The translations under genes and the position numbers were made by a program. From assembly GCF_006345805.1 (NCBI RefSeq), contig NC_042997.1, forward strand, positions 143,406,001 through 143,470,000: 64,000 nt of DNA, read 5' to 3'. Positions 27,001 to 40,051 of this stretch are shown here, one piece after another (position 1 is the stretch's first letter; every line of letters begins with the position of its first letter). Below the pieces are notes generated by a model, which was not told where the DNA came from, made no database searches, and saw nothing but the letters and a program-made list of their open reading frames with translations. This stretch comes from Octopus sinensis (taxonomy: Eukaryota).

Positions 27001-30000
27001 TGACCTTTCGCACCTACCCTACAATGTTAATTTAATAATAAACAATCATTATAATCATCAATGGGAATAAATAAGCATTACATTTGACAGAATAACCCGA
27101 ATGCTAAAGGGTTAATCCCAGATCATCCCTGACTGAGTAGACAAATATAAGACCTGCTTGTTCTCTTCTGGGCATTACCTACCCATGACATTATAGCTAA
27201 TAAGACTCTCCCTTTATGAGATAGTAAGGTGTAATTTGAAGGAAATTTGACTATTATTTTTAGTCAGTTGATAAGTAATGTAGAAGTTCTTGCAATGGCT
27301 TGTAAATTCTTCACATCTAAATTCTCAAAAACTTCATAACAAGAATCAAGATTGTGAATTTTTGTAAAAAGAAACAAAAGAATCCAAATCTCTACATTTT
27401 TCTATGATCCATTTATAAGTTTCCAACAAAACAAACTTCTTCAGACACAGGAATGGTTGGATGTTTAAGATGCTCACTTTGCAACTAGATTAGTTTTGGG
27501 TTTAGTCTCACTACGTGGCATTTTGGGCAAGTGTCTTCTACTTAAACTCTGGGCTGACCAGTACCTTGTGAGTGAATTTGCCAGCAAGAAACTGTGTGGA
27601 AGTCTATTGTAGATATATATGTTTATATGTATTTATGTGAGCCTTTGTTCCCCACTACTTGTTTTGGTTTGATTACATCCATGTAACTTAGCAGTTTGGC
27701 AAAAGAGACTGATACAATAATCAGACATAAAAATATGTTATGAGGGTCAATTTGTTTGACCAAACCTTTTAAGGTAGTGTTCCAGCATGGCTGTAGTCCA
27801 ACGACTGAAACAAGCAAGAGATAAAAGATTTACATAAGCTCTATTTTGGTGTGACTGTGTGAATGAGAGAGATTTCTTTTTGTTAAAACAGCAGGATAGT
27901 CTTTCCATGACGAACAGTGAACTATAAAACAGATGTGGAATTTGCAGAGTCTGTTTTTTTTTCATCCGCCAGGTAAACAGAATTATGTACCTTGCTTAGG
28001 TGCACAATACAAAATGTTGTAGTAAGATTTCAACTTGATTAGTAGTAAACCAACAGCTTAAAATAAACCATTACTTTTCCTCTAATTCTATTGCATAGCT
28101 GTTCTTCTTATTCAAATATTTGTTTAAAATGTTTCACAACAAACTGCTTATAGGAGAGTAGTATCAGTTTCACTTTAGTTATCTAAAGCAAACCAAGTTG
28201 GCTCTGATTCAGCAGACCTGTGATCAAGGGAATTCTAATAATGGCTATCCCATTGTTTTTCTTATCAGATATGCTGTCTTTGACTTTATCATCACCATCA
28301 CCACCATTTTAACATCCACTTTTCCATGAATCAGATGGAATTTTTTGAGGCAGCTGATCTTCTATGGCTGGGTGCTTTTCCTGTTGCACCCAAGCAAGGC
28401 AATATTTCCTCTTGACCAACCCTGTTTTCAGGTGATGTCAAAACAAAGAAGCATAAATGCACGCATATGCAACAACCTTCTTTCAGTTCCTGTCAACTAA
28501 ATCTATTCACAAGGCTTTGGTTAACATGGGGCCATAGTAGAAGATACTTACTCAAGGCACCATACAGTGGGACTGAACTCAAAAGCATGTGAGAAGGAAA
28601 CAAATTCCACAGCCATGCTTGCATCTAGGGTGTCATTATCCTAAAGGTCAATAAGGTCACTTTGCTGATATTTCTAATATAAAAGTTCATTCACTGTACT
28701 GTGATAAAACATTCCATGCAATGGGGCGGGGCTATCAGAATTTGATCTCAACAGCTAATCCATAGAATCTTCAGTCTGTCACATTAAATCGAGGAATAAT
28801 CTTAAGAACGAGGCAATAACACTAACTCTTAGTGTTTCTGGCATTAATCACCAGATTAATGCTGCATACACATACACAAAAAAAGCCAATGAGGGCTCAT
28901 GTACATCAGGTAAAGGAAACCTTTTCCAAGAAGTGGGTTGCATGAGACAGCTCATCATCAGGCAGGGTACTACTAAAAAAAACCAAGGTAAATTTTCATC
29001 GACATGCCGTTCACAAGGTCATCTGGCCTGCTAGAAATAGCAGCTATAGCTCACTCAATTTGCAACCCACTTTTTTTTTTTTGCATGATTTCTACAGCTG
29101 GATGTCCTTCCTAACATTAACCACTTTAAGTACTGGGTGTATTTTTCATGGCACCAACACCAAAAGTTATCAGTAAAACTAAAGAGTCTTCTTAAGTCAT
29201 AACTATACAGAGCTGAGGCTAAGCAACAACAAACACATGCTGTAGATGTCTGAGAGATAAGATCAACTTTCAAGATTTCTAAAATCACTCTAAAGTCAAC
29301 AAATCAAACTTCTTAATATCACTGCTTCGATCTTTATCTTCAATGTGTGTAACAGGAACCTAAAAGACTGTTGTATGAAATGTATTCATTAGTTCATGTA
29401 AGAAGAGATGGACAAGTGTGAAGTCGATGAAAAGGTGAAGTTTGAAGTAAAAGCACCAGGTCACCCCTAAACGACATTCCTAAGATCAATCATTTTTTTT
29501 TTCAGGTAGAGTGTGACTACGGCTACATTCAAATAGTCAGTGTCTTTTCAAAAAATTAGTAGCGAGTAACTTGAAGATTTAGCTGTTCTTTCTAGTAAGT
29601 CAAGAGACAACGTAGAGATCTTTCCAAGAGGGTTTGAGACGAAATTAGCTGGGAGCAATGAAAAATGGAAATCGTGTGGCCCTGTTGGTAACAAGTTTGA
29701 CTTCCAGCCACATGGTTCCGGCTTCGGTCGCACTGAGTGGCACCTTGGGCAAGAATCTTCTACTATAGCCCAGGGATTTGGCGGACGGAAACTGAAAGTC
29801 CGTCGTATATATATATGTATACGTGTGTGTGTGTTGTCCCCTACTACCGCTTGACAATCGGTGTTGGTTTGTTTACAACCCCGTAACCTAGCGGTATGAC
29901 AAGAGCCCAATAGAATAAGCACCAGGCTTTAAAAAAACAAATACTGGGTCGATTCGTTCGAGTAAAACACTCGGAGGTGGTGCCCCAGCATGACCAGAAT

Positions 30001-30249
30001 GTAACGATAGAAACAAGTGAAAGATAGAAAGATATACTAGGTCAAATTAAGTCATGCATGCGTGGAACCACTCCCTAAAATATATGCTGGAGGTTGAGAG
30101 GATTGTTCATTATCTGGATAGGTAATGGATATAAATTATTTCAGGATATTGAACATCAATGGATTGTTTTTAAGACTAGAAAGGTCTAAAATTTATTTCC
30201 GTTGTATGATAAAGAACACTGAATTATTTAAACAAATAGAGACTGTACA

Positions 30250-31250
30250 GTTAATTCATGAAGTCAAGCCCCTCTTCGTAAATAATAAAGGAAACTAGTT
30301 TGAAAAGACCTATCCCATGTGTCAAGTTAGCGGGTAACTGTATCATTGAAGAGTTATTTTTAGAATATTCATAAAACACAAACAAACCATAAGAAAGATA
30401 GGTGCGGAAGAACTTAAAAACGAAGCGCGAATTTAAGGAAATCGCACTAAGGAAGACCACACTCATCCCCATTGACAAAGTTTACGATAAAAAGAAATCT
30501 ATTTTTATGAAATATACGTTCGAAGATATTTTCTGGAATAGTAAGAGGACATTTAATTCATACATGTCAAACCGTTCACACCCAAGGAATGTTTCCAGAA
30601 GTTGAAAATACCACATAACTTGTGTGTATATATATATATATATACCCTGGTTAAAAGATATTGAGGCGAAAGTAAAGAATACGTTCGCTGGGTGGTTAGG
30701 GTTTAGGGTTTTAGTTGCGCAGAAATCGGGTGGTGTATGTATTCAGATATTGATATATTTGAAGAATTTTTAAAAACGAAGAAAATATATTTGAAGAATT
30801 TTCACCAAAAGAGGAAGAATATCTTTATAACGACTATAATATAAGTTTGTTACAAATCAAATATAGAATATACGAGGAAATGAAATCTGAATGAACCAGA
30901 CGGAAGTCTTTCCTGCATGAAACACCTTTATTTTTGGTGCGAAAATATTCATTTTCATAACTGTCAAGAAACCTAAGTGTCGCACGTAGATTATGAGAGA
31001 AAATTTTTAAATATTTTACTGAATACGCTTTCAAAAAGAAATATTACGTAATCAAAATATCCCCATTACATAACTAGTCCACTACCATCTAAAAAATGCG
31101 GGATATAATTACAACTACTGTACTGAAGAATTTAAGCAATTGAAGAAAAAACAAAAAGCAATTCCCATGAACTTGAATCACAATAATCAAAATATTCCTA
31201 ATTAATTTGAAGCTAATTAAATAAATAAATTTCTCAGGAATCCAGATAAG
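30250..31250 (+). pseudogene. Possible decayed DNA-transposon (MULE-like) coding remnant
   Basis: The fragment ELKTKREFKEIALRKTTLIPIDKVY...FWNSKRTFNSY resembles the linker upstream of MULE transposase domains. No catalytic motif was recognised. Confidence 0.3.
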
Positions 31251-31499
31251 AAAAGAAATGTGATTTCAATGAAGTTCTTTTAGTAACTTTATTATTTGAT
31301 AAGTTGATTGGGGGTGGAAGAAAAATTGAGGTTGAGGTCGAAGAAATAAGAAATCTAAGTGTGACCTTTAAAATGAATCAGGTGATAATGAATGCGAAGT
31401 TGTCTGTATACGTTAAATTTATAAAATATTTAAGTATTGTCGTTACATGGAATGTGATTTTTTTTGTCTTCTAGTCATTAATTAACGTTTAGAATTTAA

Positions 31500-32050
31500 T
31501 AAAGAATTTGAGATTATTGGGTGTCAGGTAAACACTGCGTTACTTTTTGACTAGCTTACCGTAAGATGTCCTCTGTTGGTCGTCTCACACCTGTCTTCGG
31601 GACTCCTAACAAAACACACATCTCCTAAACCACTAACTGTTTTGGTTTTTTGCGAATGTGTTACGAAAAAGACAGCCCTGATGTGAGTCCCGCCAATAGG
31701 CTTTAGGTTGAGAATTCGGGCACAGAGAAGCATAATTCAGCCTTTTTAAAGGAGCAGAGAAAACGGTATCAAGCCATGCTTACTATCGTAGTAAATATAG
31801 GAGCGGATGTTATTATTGAGCATGTCTGTGGCTTTAATCTACAGGAAGTCAGCAGCACGTGAAATTAGATGTTCATTTCTACCACGTTCGAATGACAACT
31901 GTTTACTTGTAACGAAGAAGTTTGTTGTTTAACCCTGCCCAGACAGATATGTTCTTTTCCTTCTCAAAGTGTACGTGAGTCGAGGAGGAGCTGACTGCTA
32001 TTTCTAGCATCACGATCGCCTATATAGAGGCCCTTTTTCTTTCTCTTTCG
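31500..32050 (-). promoter_or_regulatory. Probable promoter/5' region of the C6orf136-like gene
   Basis: CpG-retaining sequence around the first coding exon, in contrast to the CpG-poor gene body. No TSS can be fixed from sequence. Confidence 0.4.
31560..31733 (-). CDS. C6orf136: C6orf136-like gene, probable first coding exon (58 aa, MLLCARILNLKPIGGTHIRAVFF...HLT)
   Basis: ATG at 31733-31731. The frame is open to a canonical donor ACG|GTAAGC. It is phase 0 and matches the phase-0 acceptor at 13501. The N-terminus is basic with no early acidic residues (presequence-like), and the surroundings are CpG-retaining. Linkage across the 18 kb intron is inferred, not homology-proven. Confidence 0.6.
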
Positions 32051-32646
32051 TTTCTTTGTAATATAGCTATGATTTACTATTAAAGGAAGCTAGCTACTAA
32101 GGAAGTATATTACCATAATGACCTATATATCAATATGTATAGTTTTCTTTTTTTACGAGATTTTGATACAAATCGATCAGGTTATATTAAATTATCAATA
32201 GTGATTGAAATGTTGACGATAATGCTTAATATTTTAATGTTTAATGTAAATTGCAAGGTATTTTCTTCTCTTTTCAATGGTTAATTGTCAATAAAAAAAG
32301 TGAAGTTATAATTTAAATATACTCCGTGAGAAGGGCCTTTTAGGACGATTAGAAAATTTGATAACTTATCAACAGATATTAAAAAAAATATGCATATCAT
32401 AGTATATTTATATTAAACATTGCATTCTGTATTTTTATTTAATATAAGGCGCTACATTTATGAACTTTCAATATATGCGCCTGTGTGTACATGTGCACAT
32501 GGACGTATATAGGCATAGGTGGATAATTGTGCGGATAGATAGACAAAGCAGACACACGAAATGGACAGATATATCTATATAGAAAGATGCCTGCTTACAC
32601 GTACGCACGCGCAGACCAGCACCACCACCACCATCGTCATCATACT

Positions 32647-33146
32647 CCTCGAGTATAGTCCGCTCTTGAGTATAATACGCAGGGATTTTTAGGGGACTGT
32701 ACCTCTGAAAAACCTAAACCCTGTGTATAATACGCACCCCTTCTCTAACTTGAGTCAAGTTGGTCTATATAACGTCCTTGGTTTGTAAAAATGTATACGG
32801 TAACGTCCTTTATTATTATTATACATAAACATAATGTAAACGTAGCTTTTTGTGCATTTTGTTTGCAGAACATTAAGAAATAACTAATAACGTTTAATAA
32901 ATGTTGCTTACTGCAAGTTATGGATGATCCTTTTATGACTTCATTGCTTTCAGGCTTAGCTTAAGGTATTTTCGAGCCCGACATCACAAAATGCGTCTGA
33001 ATAAACATTGCCGGACAGCAAATAGAGAGTCGAACATTGCTTAGAAAATAATTTTCATTTTTAACCTCGTGTATAATACGCACTAGGGATTTTGACCTTT
33101 AAATTTTGGGAAAAAAAATGCGGATTATACTTGAGGATTTACGGTA
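32647..33146. mobile_element. pogo/Tigger-like non-autonomous element
   Basis: The right end gcggattatacttgaggatttacggta is an inverted match to the left cctcgagtatagtccgc. Internal gtataatacgca subterminal repeats are present. Confidence 0.6.
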
Positions 33147-33189
33147 ATCATCATTATCATCCCATATAGTCCAGCTGTCAAGTACTATT

Positions 33190-34381
33190 GGCATATTACA
33201 TTTGTAAAACTATAGACCTGCGTCTCCCTGCAGCAGACACAACTCTTTTTCAGCGGAAGTTACATGAAATAGAATGCCTTGCATAAGTTCACAATGTTCT
33301 ACTTGATCGGGAATGGAACACCTGTCCTTTTTGAAACACAATTCGTGGTGTCTGATTATATTGTAAGTTTTCTCTTGTAAATCAATTTTTGTGAACCCAT
33401 GGATAGATAAAAAATTTGTGTTGTTTATGAATATGAGTTCCGTCATGGAACCAATGCATCACAGACAGCTTGAAACATCAATGTGATGTTTGGGGATGAT
33501 GTGGTGAATGAGTGCACTGTTTGAGAAGTTCCAGTCTGGTGACTTTACTCTTGAAAATCAGCCCCATGGTAGACCTGAAACCAAGGTGGATAATGATGAG
33601 CGAACTGGAAACTGAAGTGGAAGTGGATATGTTTCAAACTACGCTTGAATTAGCAGCAAGGTTTGATGCTTCGATTCCATCTGTATGGATCATCTGAAAC
33701 AAATCAGCAATATAAAGAAGATGGACAGGTGAGTACCACATGAACTGAACAAGCATCAAATGAAACTTGCTGTTCTTTGATGTCACAACATAAAAGCGAA
33801 CCATTTTGGCATTGTATGGATTCTTTACAACAATAGCAAGTGTTCTGCATGGTGGTTGGATAGAGATGAAGTGTCAAAACACAATCCAAAAAAGAATATT
33901 TGCCAAAAAAGCTTCATGAGACCCGGCTAGTCAATTACAGTGGATGTATACATCAGCCAATTGGATGAAATGATGAGTGAAGTTGCAATTAAACAACCAA
34001 GATTGGTCAATAGAGACAGGTCAATTCTCTTGCAAGACAATGCTCAACCACATGTTGTACAGAGATTGCTACTCAAGTTACAGAAACTGAACTTGGAAGT
34101 ACTCTGTCATCCACCATATTCACCAGACCTTGCACCAACTGACTATCATGTTTTGCAGGGAAAAATCTTAAAGTCTGAAGAAGATGCAAAAGCAACCATT
34201 CGTGATTTCATCACCTCTTGCTCTCCAGAATTCTTCACTGCTAGCATAAATAAGCTACCGATAAAATGGCAAAATTTTGTTGATAATTTAGGTGCATACT
34301 TTGATTAAATGCATTGCCTTTTGTTGAGAAAAAGTAAAATAAACTTCCAAAATTGGACATTTCATTCTTAATGACCTGATA
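33190..34381 (+). mobile_element. Decayed mariner transposon (D,D34D transposase pseudogene)
   Basis: YEFRHGTNAS, FEKFQSGDFTLENQPHGRP, W(R)VPHEL, LLQDNAQPH and HPPYSPDLAPTDYH...WQNFVDNLGAYFD. The first catalytic Asp (TCDEKW) is deleted. The 3' TIR is ggacatttcattcttaatgacctgata. Confidence 0.9.
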
Positions 34382-35104
34382 GTGTGGCACATTAGGCAGG
34401 TGTCTTTTACAATAGTCTTAGGTCAACCAAAGCCTTGTGAGTGGACTTATTAGATGGAAATTGAAAGAAGACCATTGTATGTGTGTGTGTCTTTGTGTCA
34501 TGATACAATAAGCACTGGTACTTTAAAAAGTTGAGTACTGGAGTTGATTCATTGAACTCAAATTTTTCGAGGTGGTGCCCCAGCATGGTCACAATCTAAT
34601 GACTGAAACAAGTAGAGCCGCAGACAGTGAACTTGCTTTAACTGACTTACCAGGTGTATGCCCAAGTCTAAAATAATTTTATATATATGTATGTGCTTGT
34701 GTGTGTGTGTGTATCTATGATAATAAATGAGAAATTCTGTCTGTCCGGCACCCCTGTATCTCAGTCTACATTTGCTCTACATAGACATATTATACCTTTT
34801 GGGAATCAGGATGATCCTGGGATTGAAAATCTGTCATTTGGTTCTTGAACATCCAGCATTGAGGTCTAATGAAAAAGCATTTGGATTGCTATTTCTAGTG
34901 TTTATAGAAAATACTACTCCAGTGCATGTTCTCTGTTAGTCTGCCTGTGATTCCACTGCATCCCTTATGTGTCCATAGATTACTTTGAGTACAGCGTAAG
35001 GAGTTTATACCTTTACATTTTCTGTATCCTGAGAAAGGCTATTTCCCGGAAGGTGCTAAGGGCTTGTCTTGTTTTCTACTTACTAAAATCTTCATCTTTG
35101 TTAA

Positions 35105-35324
35105 CCCTTTTGTTACTGTATTTATTTTGAGAAACTCTGTGTTTCTTCCAATTACTTTAAATATAACAAAGAATTTAGTAAAATAATTTTGTTATCATTC
35201 AGCTAGTGTTAGGAACATAAATTGTGATTAAGGTTTGGTGGAAGATTTTAATTCAAAATTTATAAAAACAAGACATTTGCATCCAGAGCCAGAGCTGGTT
35301 TCAGCCGGGTTGGTAATAAAAGGG
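35105..35324. mobile_element. piggyBac-like MITE
   Basis: TTAA|CCCTTTTGTTAC ... GTAATAAAAGGG|TTAA. Confidence 0.75.
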
Positions 35325-36224
35325 TTAAGTTACCTTATGATCTCTTGATTCTAGCTTTAGCATCCATGCCTGGAATTTCTTCTCTAATTCTTCAAGAGAT
35401 TCAGCTATGAGAACTAAATCATCTGCTTTAGGAGTTCCCATGAACAGCCAATCTTAAATTGCTTTGTGATGGCCTGTAGGATTTTGGTGAATATGAAGGG
35501 TGTGAAGGTGAGGATTGAATTTTAATGGAATCTAACTCTCATATAAACTTCTTTATAAAGTTGGTGATTGTTTACTTATTGTATTTTTGTACATAGTTTT
35601 TACAGGTTTTACAAGCCAACACCAAGTTGATCACATTAGTGTTTATGGTATCCTGTCAAATACCTTTACACATACATGGGTGTATGTGTGGACACACACA
35701 CACACACACGCACTCATGCATGCACACACACACGCACTCATGCACACACACACACACACACACACACTCATGCATACTCTTTTAGTCTTTTACTTGTTTC
35801 AGTCATTAGACTGCGGCCAGGCTGGGGCAGCACCTTGAAGAATTTTAGTCACATAAAGCAACCCCAGTACTTATTTTATTGATCTCTTTGCCAAACTGCT
35901 AAGTTATGGGGATGTAAGCACACCAACACTGGTTGTCAAGCATTGGTGGTGGTGGTGGTGGGGGAAGGGTACAAACGCAGACACATATACGTAGATATAT
36001 TCTTTTCCTTTTATTCTTTTACTTGTTTCAGTCAGTTGACTGTGGTAAATCAACTCCAGGATTTATTTTTTGTAAGCCTAGTACATATGCTGTTGGTCTC
36101 TTAGGCTGAACCGCTAAGTTATGGGATGTAAACACATGAACATCAGCTGTCAGGCAATGGTGGTGGTGAGTTGTGTGGTGTGGGGGGCAACCATAGACAC
36201 AAACACATATATTCATATATATAT

Positions 36225-39200
36225 CATCATCATCATTTAATGTCCGCTTTACATGCTGGCATAGGTTGGGTGATTTGACCAAGGACTGGCAAGCCAGATG
36301 GCTGCACCAGGCTCCAATCTGACCTGGCAGAGTTTTTACAGCTGGATGCCCTTCATAACGCCAAACACTCTGAGAGTGTAGTGGGTGCTTTTATGTGCCA
36401 CCGGCATGAGGGCCAGTCAGGCAGTACTGGCAATGGCCATGCTCAAATGGAGTTTTATATGTGCCACCTGCACAGAAGCCAGTCCAGCAGCACTGGCAAC
36501 GACCTCACTCAAATATTGTTTTTCACTTACTACCGGCACAAGTGCCAGTAAGGCAGCGCTGGTAATCATCACGCTTGAATGGTGCTTTTTACATGCCACC
36601 GGCACAGGAGCCAGTCAGTGGCCCTGGCAATGATCACACTTAGATGGTGCTCTTAGTGCTCCACTAGTACAGATGCCAGTCATGCGGTGCTGTCATCAAA
36701 TTTGATTTTGATTGATTCCGATTTCACTTGCCTCAACAGGTCTTCGCAAGCAGAGTTTAGTGTCCAATGAAGGAAAGGTATGCATAAGTGGGCTGGATAC
36801 ACCCCTGGCATAGGCCACAGGTTATGGTCTCACTTGGCTTGCCGGGTCTTCTTAAGCACAGCATATTTTCAAAGGTCTTGGTCACTAATCATTACCTCGG
36901 TGAGGCCTAATTTTCGAAGGTCATGCTTTACCACCTCATCCTAGGTCTTCCTGAGTCTACCTCTTCCACAGGTTCCCTCAACCATTAGGGTGTGGCACTT
37001 TTTCACATAGTTATCCTCATCCATTCTCACCACATGATCATACCAGCACAGTTGTCTCTCTTGCACACCACATCTGATGCTTCTTAGGTCCAACTTTCCT
37101 CTCAAGGTACTTACACTCTGTCAAGTATCCACACTGACATTACACATCCAGCAGAGCATACTGGCTTCATTCCTTGCAAGCTTACGCATGTCCTTAGCAG
37201 TCACAGCCCATGTTTCACTGCCATGTAGCATGGCAGTTTGTACACATGCGTCATACAGTCTACATTTTACTCTGAGCGAGAGCCCCTTTGTCACCAGCAG
37301 AGGTAGGAGCTCTCTGAACTTTGCCCAGGTTATTCTTATTCTAGCAGCTACACTTTCAGACCCCCTCCCCCACTACTGACTTGGTTACCTAGGTAATGGA
37401 AGCTATCAACTACTTCTAGTTTTTCTCCCTGGGATGTGGCAGAAGTTGTTTTCAGCAGATTTTCAGTGTTTATTGCTCTTGAGCATCTGCCACATACAAA
37501 AACTATCTTTCCAGTTAGCCTTCCTTTGATATTGCTGCACCTCTTATGTGTCCATAGCTTACGCTGGGTACATCTTATGGAGTTTCTACCTATGCCTTTT
37601 CTACAGATTGAGCAGGGCCATCGACCTGAAGGGATTTGTGGTTTGTCTGCCTTCCTACTTATTAGGACTTTGGTTTTTGCTAGGTTGACTCTAAAGCCCT
37701 TCGATACTAATCCTTGCTTCCACACCTGAAACTTCTCCTCTAGTTCTGATAGTGACTCAGCAATTAGAGCAAGGTCGTCAGCATAGAGGAGCTCCCAGGG
37801 GCATCCTGTCTTGAATTCCTCTGTTATTGCCTGGAGGACTGATAAATAGGAGGGGGCTGAGTATTGAACCTTGGTGGACCCCCTACCTCTACCCAGAATT
37901 CTTCACTGTACTCGTTGCCAACCCTCACCTTACTGACAGTGTCCCTGTATATGGCTTGCACAGCTCTCACTAGCCATTCATCTATCCCTAGTTTCCTCAT
38001 TGACCACCAGATAAGGGATCGGGGGACCCTGTCCAAGGTTTTCTCTGTGTCAATGAAAGCCAGGTACAGAGGTTTATCTTTGGTTAGGTATATCTCCTGC
38101 AGCTGTCTTACCAGAAATATAGCATCAGTGATGCTTTTCCCTGGCATGAACCCAAACTGCATCTCATCTAGACTGACTCTCTCTCTAATTAGTTGGGCTA
38201 TGATGCTCTCTGTGACCTTCATTACCTGATCTAACAACTTGATACCTCTGTAATTATTTGTATCTAAAGTGTCACTTTTACCTTTGTAGCAGTTGACTAT
38301 GGTGCCGCTACACCAGTCATTGGGTATGACTCCTTCATGTATCACCTGGTTAACTATACGGGTGACTAGGTTATAGCCGACACCACCAGATATTTTGAGC
38401 ATCTTTGCGGTGATTCCTGATGGGCTGGGGCTTTCCCCATCTTCATACCCTTAATTGCTTTATCTACCAAGGTACTGTCAATTTGGATAGCTGGTCCCTC
38501 GGCAGACTCTCTCTCTCTCTCCCATTCATTCTCTTTATTGAGCAACATTTCATAGTGGTGTCTCCAAACTTCTCTCTTTGCAACCTCATTTAGTGCAAGT
38601 AAACCATTATCCATGCAGACACATTTCTCTCCTACAACATCATGATTTTCTCTCACACACTGTCTTGCAACACGAAATACCTCAAGTCTTTGGTCCTCAC
38701 GGCGCAGAACATTGGCAAATTTTTTCTTGTCTGATTCCCCTCTGGCTAAATAAACCTATCTCCTAGCTTCCCTTTTGGCAGTCTGAAACAATTTCCTGCT
38801 ACCACCGTTCTTCCAGTCCTTCCAAGCCTGTTTCTTTTCTCTAATAACCCTGTGAACAACATTGTTCCACCACCACATTATCTTGGGTCGAGAGGGGACT
38901 TTGCACCATCCACAAATCTGGTCAGTGGCCCTCAGCAAGTTGTCTCATAGAAACGGGACAACCTGCTGAGTTGTCTTCTACATCATGTGAAGCCATGTCC
39001 CTTTCTATTTTGTCAAAAGCTTCGAGTAATACGTCTTTAAATCTCTGAACATTTGCAGGATCTTTAAGCTTCCAGACCCTTCTCTTCCATGCTGGTCATC
39101 TTCTGGGCATCCATTTACTTTTGATTCTGAAGTCACTAACTACTAGTCTATGTTGTGGGGTACATTCTTCACCTGGGAAGGTTTTGGCATTTATAAGCAG

Positions 39201-39535
39201 CCATCTTTCCCTTTTTCTGGCGAGGATGTAGTCAATTTGGTTTGTGCGTCTGCCAGAACCGTAGGTGACTAGGTGACTGGCAGGTTTCCTGAAGTTAGTA
39301 TTGCAAACCATCAGATCATTTGCACCGCAGAACTCCAGCAGCCTGGTTCCCACCTCATTGCGGGAACCAAAACGATAGCTTCCATGATTGCCATGGAAGC
39401 CCCTTGCATGTTGTCCAACATGTCTATTGAAGTCACCAGCCACAAAGAGAAGGTCCTTGTCATTTGTCAACAAGGTAGTCTGCAAGCGGGTGTCCTAAAA
39501 TCAGTCTTTCTGTCCATCAGGTAGCTCATCATAGC
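36225..39535 (-). mobile_element. RTE-clade LINE, about 3.3 kb, 5'-truncated and inactivated (EN, RT, 3' UTR)
   Basis: EN: AGDFNRHVG...NQIDYIL. RT: NYRGIKLL, QFGFMPGKS, PWELLYADDLALI. The 3' UTR has about 55-bp subrepeats and a (GAT)n tail. Multiple stops and frameshifts. Confidence 0.92.
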
Positions 39536-40018
39536 AGTAGCGGGAACTTGTGGAAGAGATAGACCCAGAAGACATGGGATGAGTGGATGAAGCACAACCA
39601 TCGGACAATGGGCCTCACAGAGGCGATGATAAGCTACCGAGATCTTTGGAGGTATGCTGTGCTTGAGAAGACCTGGCAAGTCAAGTGAAACCATAACCAT
39701 GGCCTATGCCAGTGCATCATAACAAGCCCATTTAAGAGTATCCTTCAATCATTGGGTTTTAGTAAATTTATACAGAAAAAGTAAGCATTATACCATCCAG
39801 CATAAATAAAAGTCAACTTCATTATATTTTTTCTGTGTAAACCTATTCTGACATTAAATGAGTCAACTTCCTGTACGAATATTTACATTTGTACATCATT
39901 TTGCATCAAAAATAATTTCTAAAAAAATCTGGAAATGATATACTCATGTAATTTATGCACATCCTAAAGTTTATTTTTGTTTTTGCAAAAACAGTGCATA
40001 AATTACATGAATTTTTAT

Positions 40019-40051
<33 letters not shown>

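Noticed and set aside
30695-30715. Telomere-like ttagggtttaggg
   Set aside because: Only two imperfect units.
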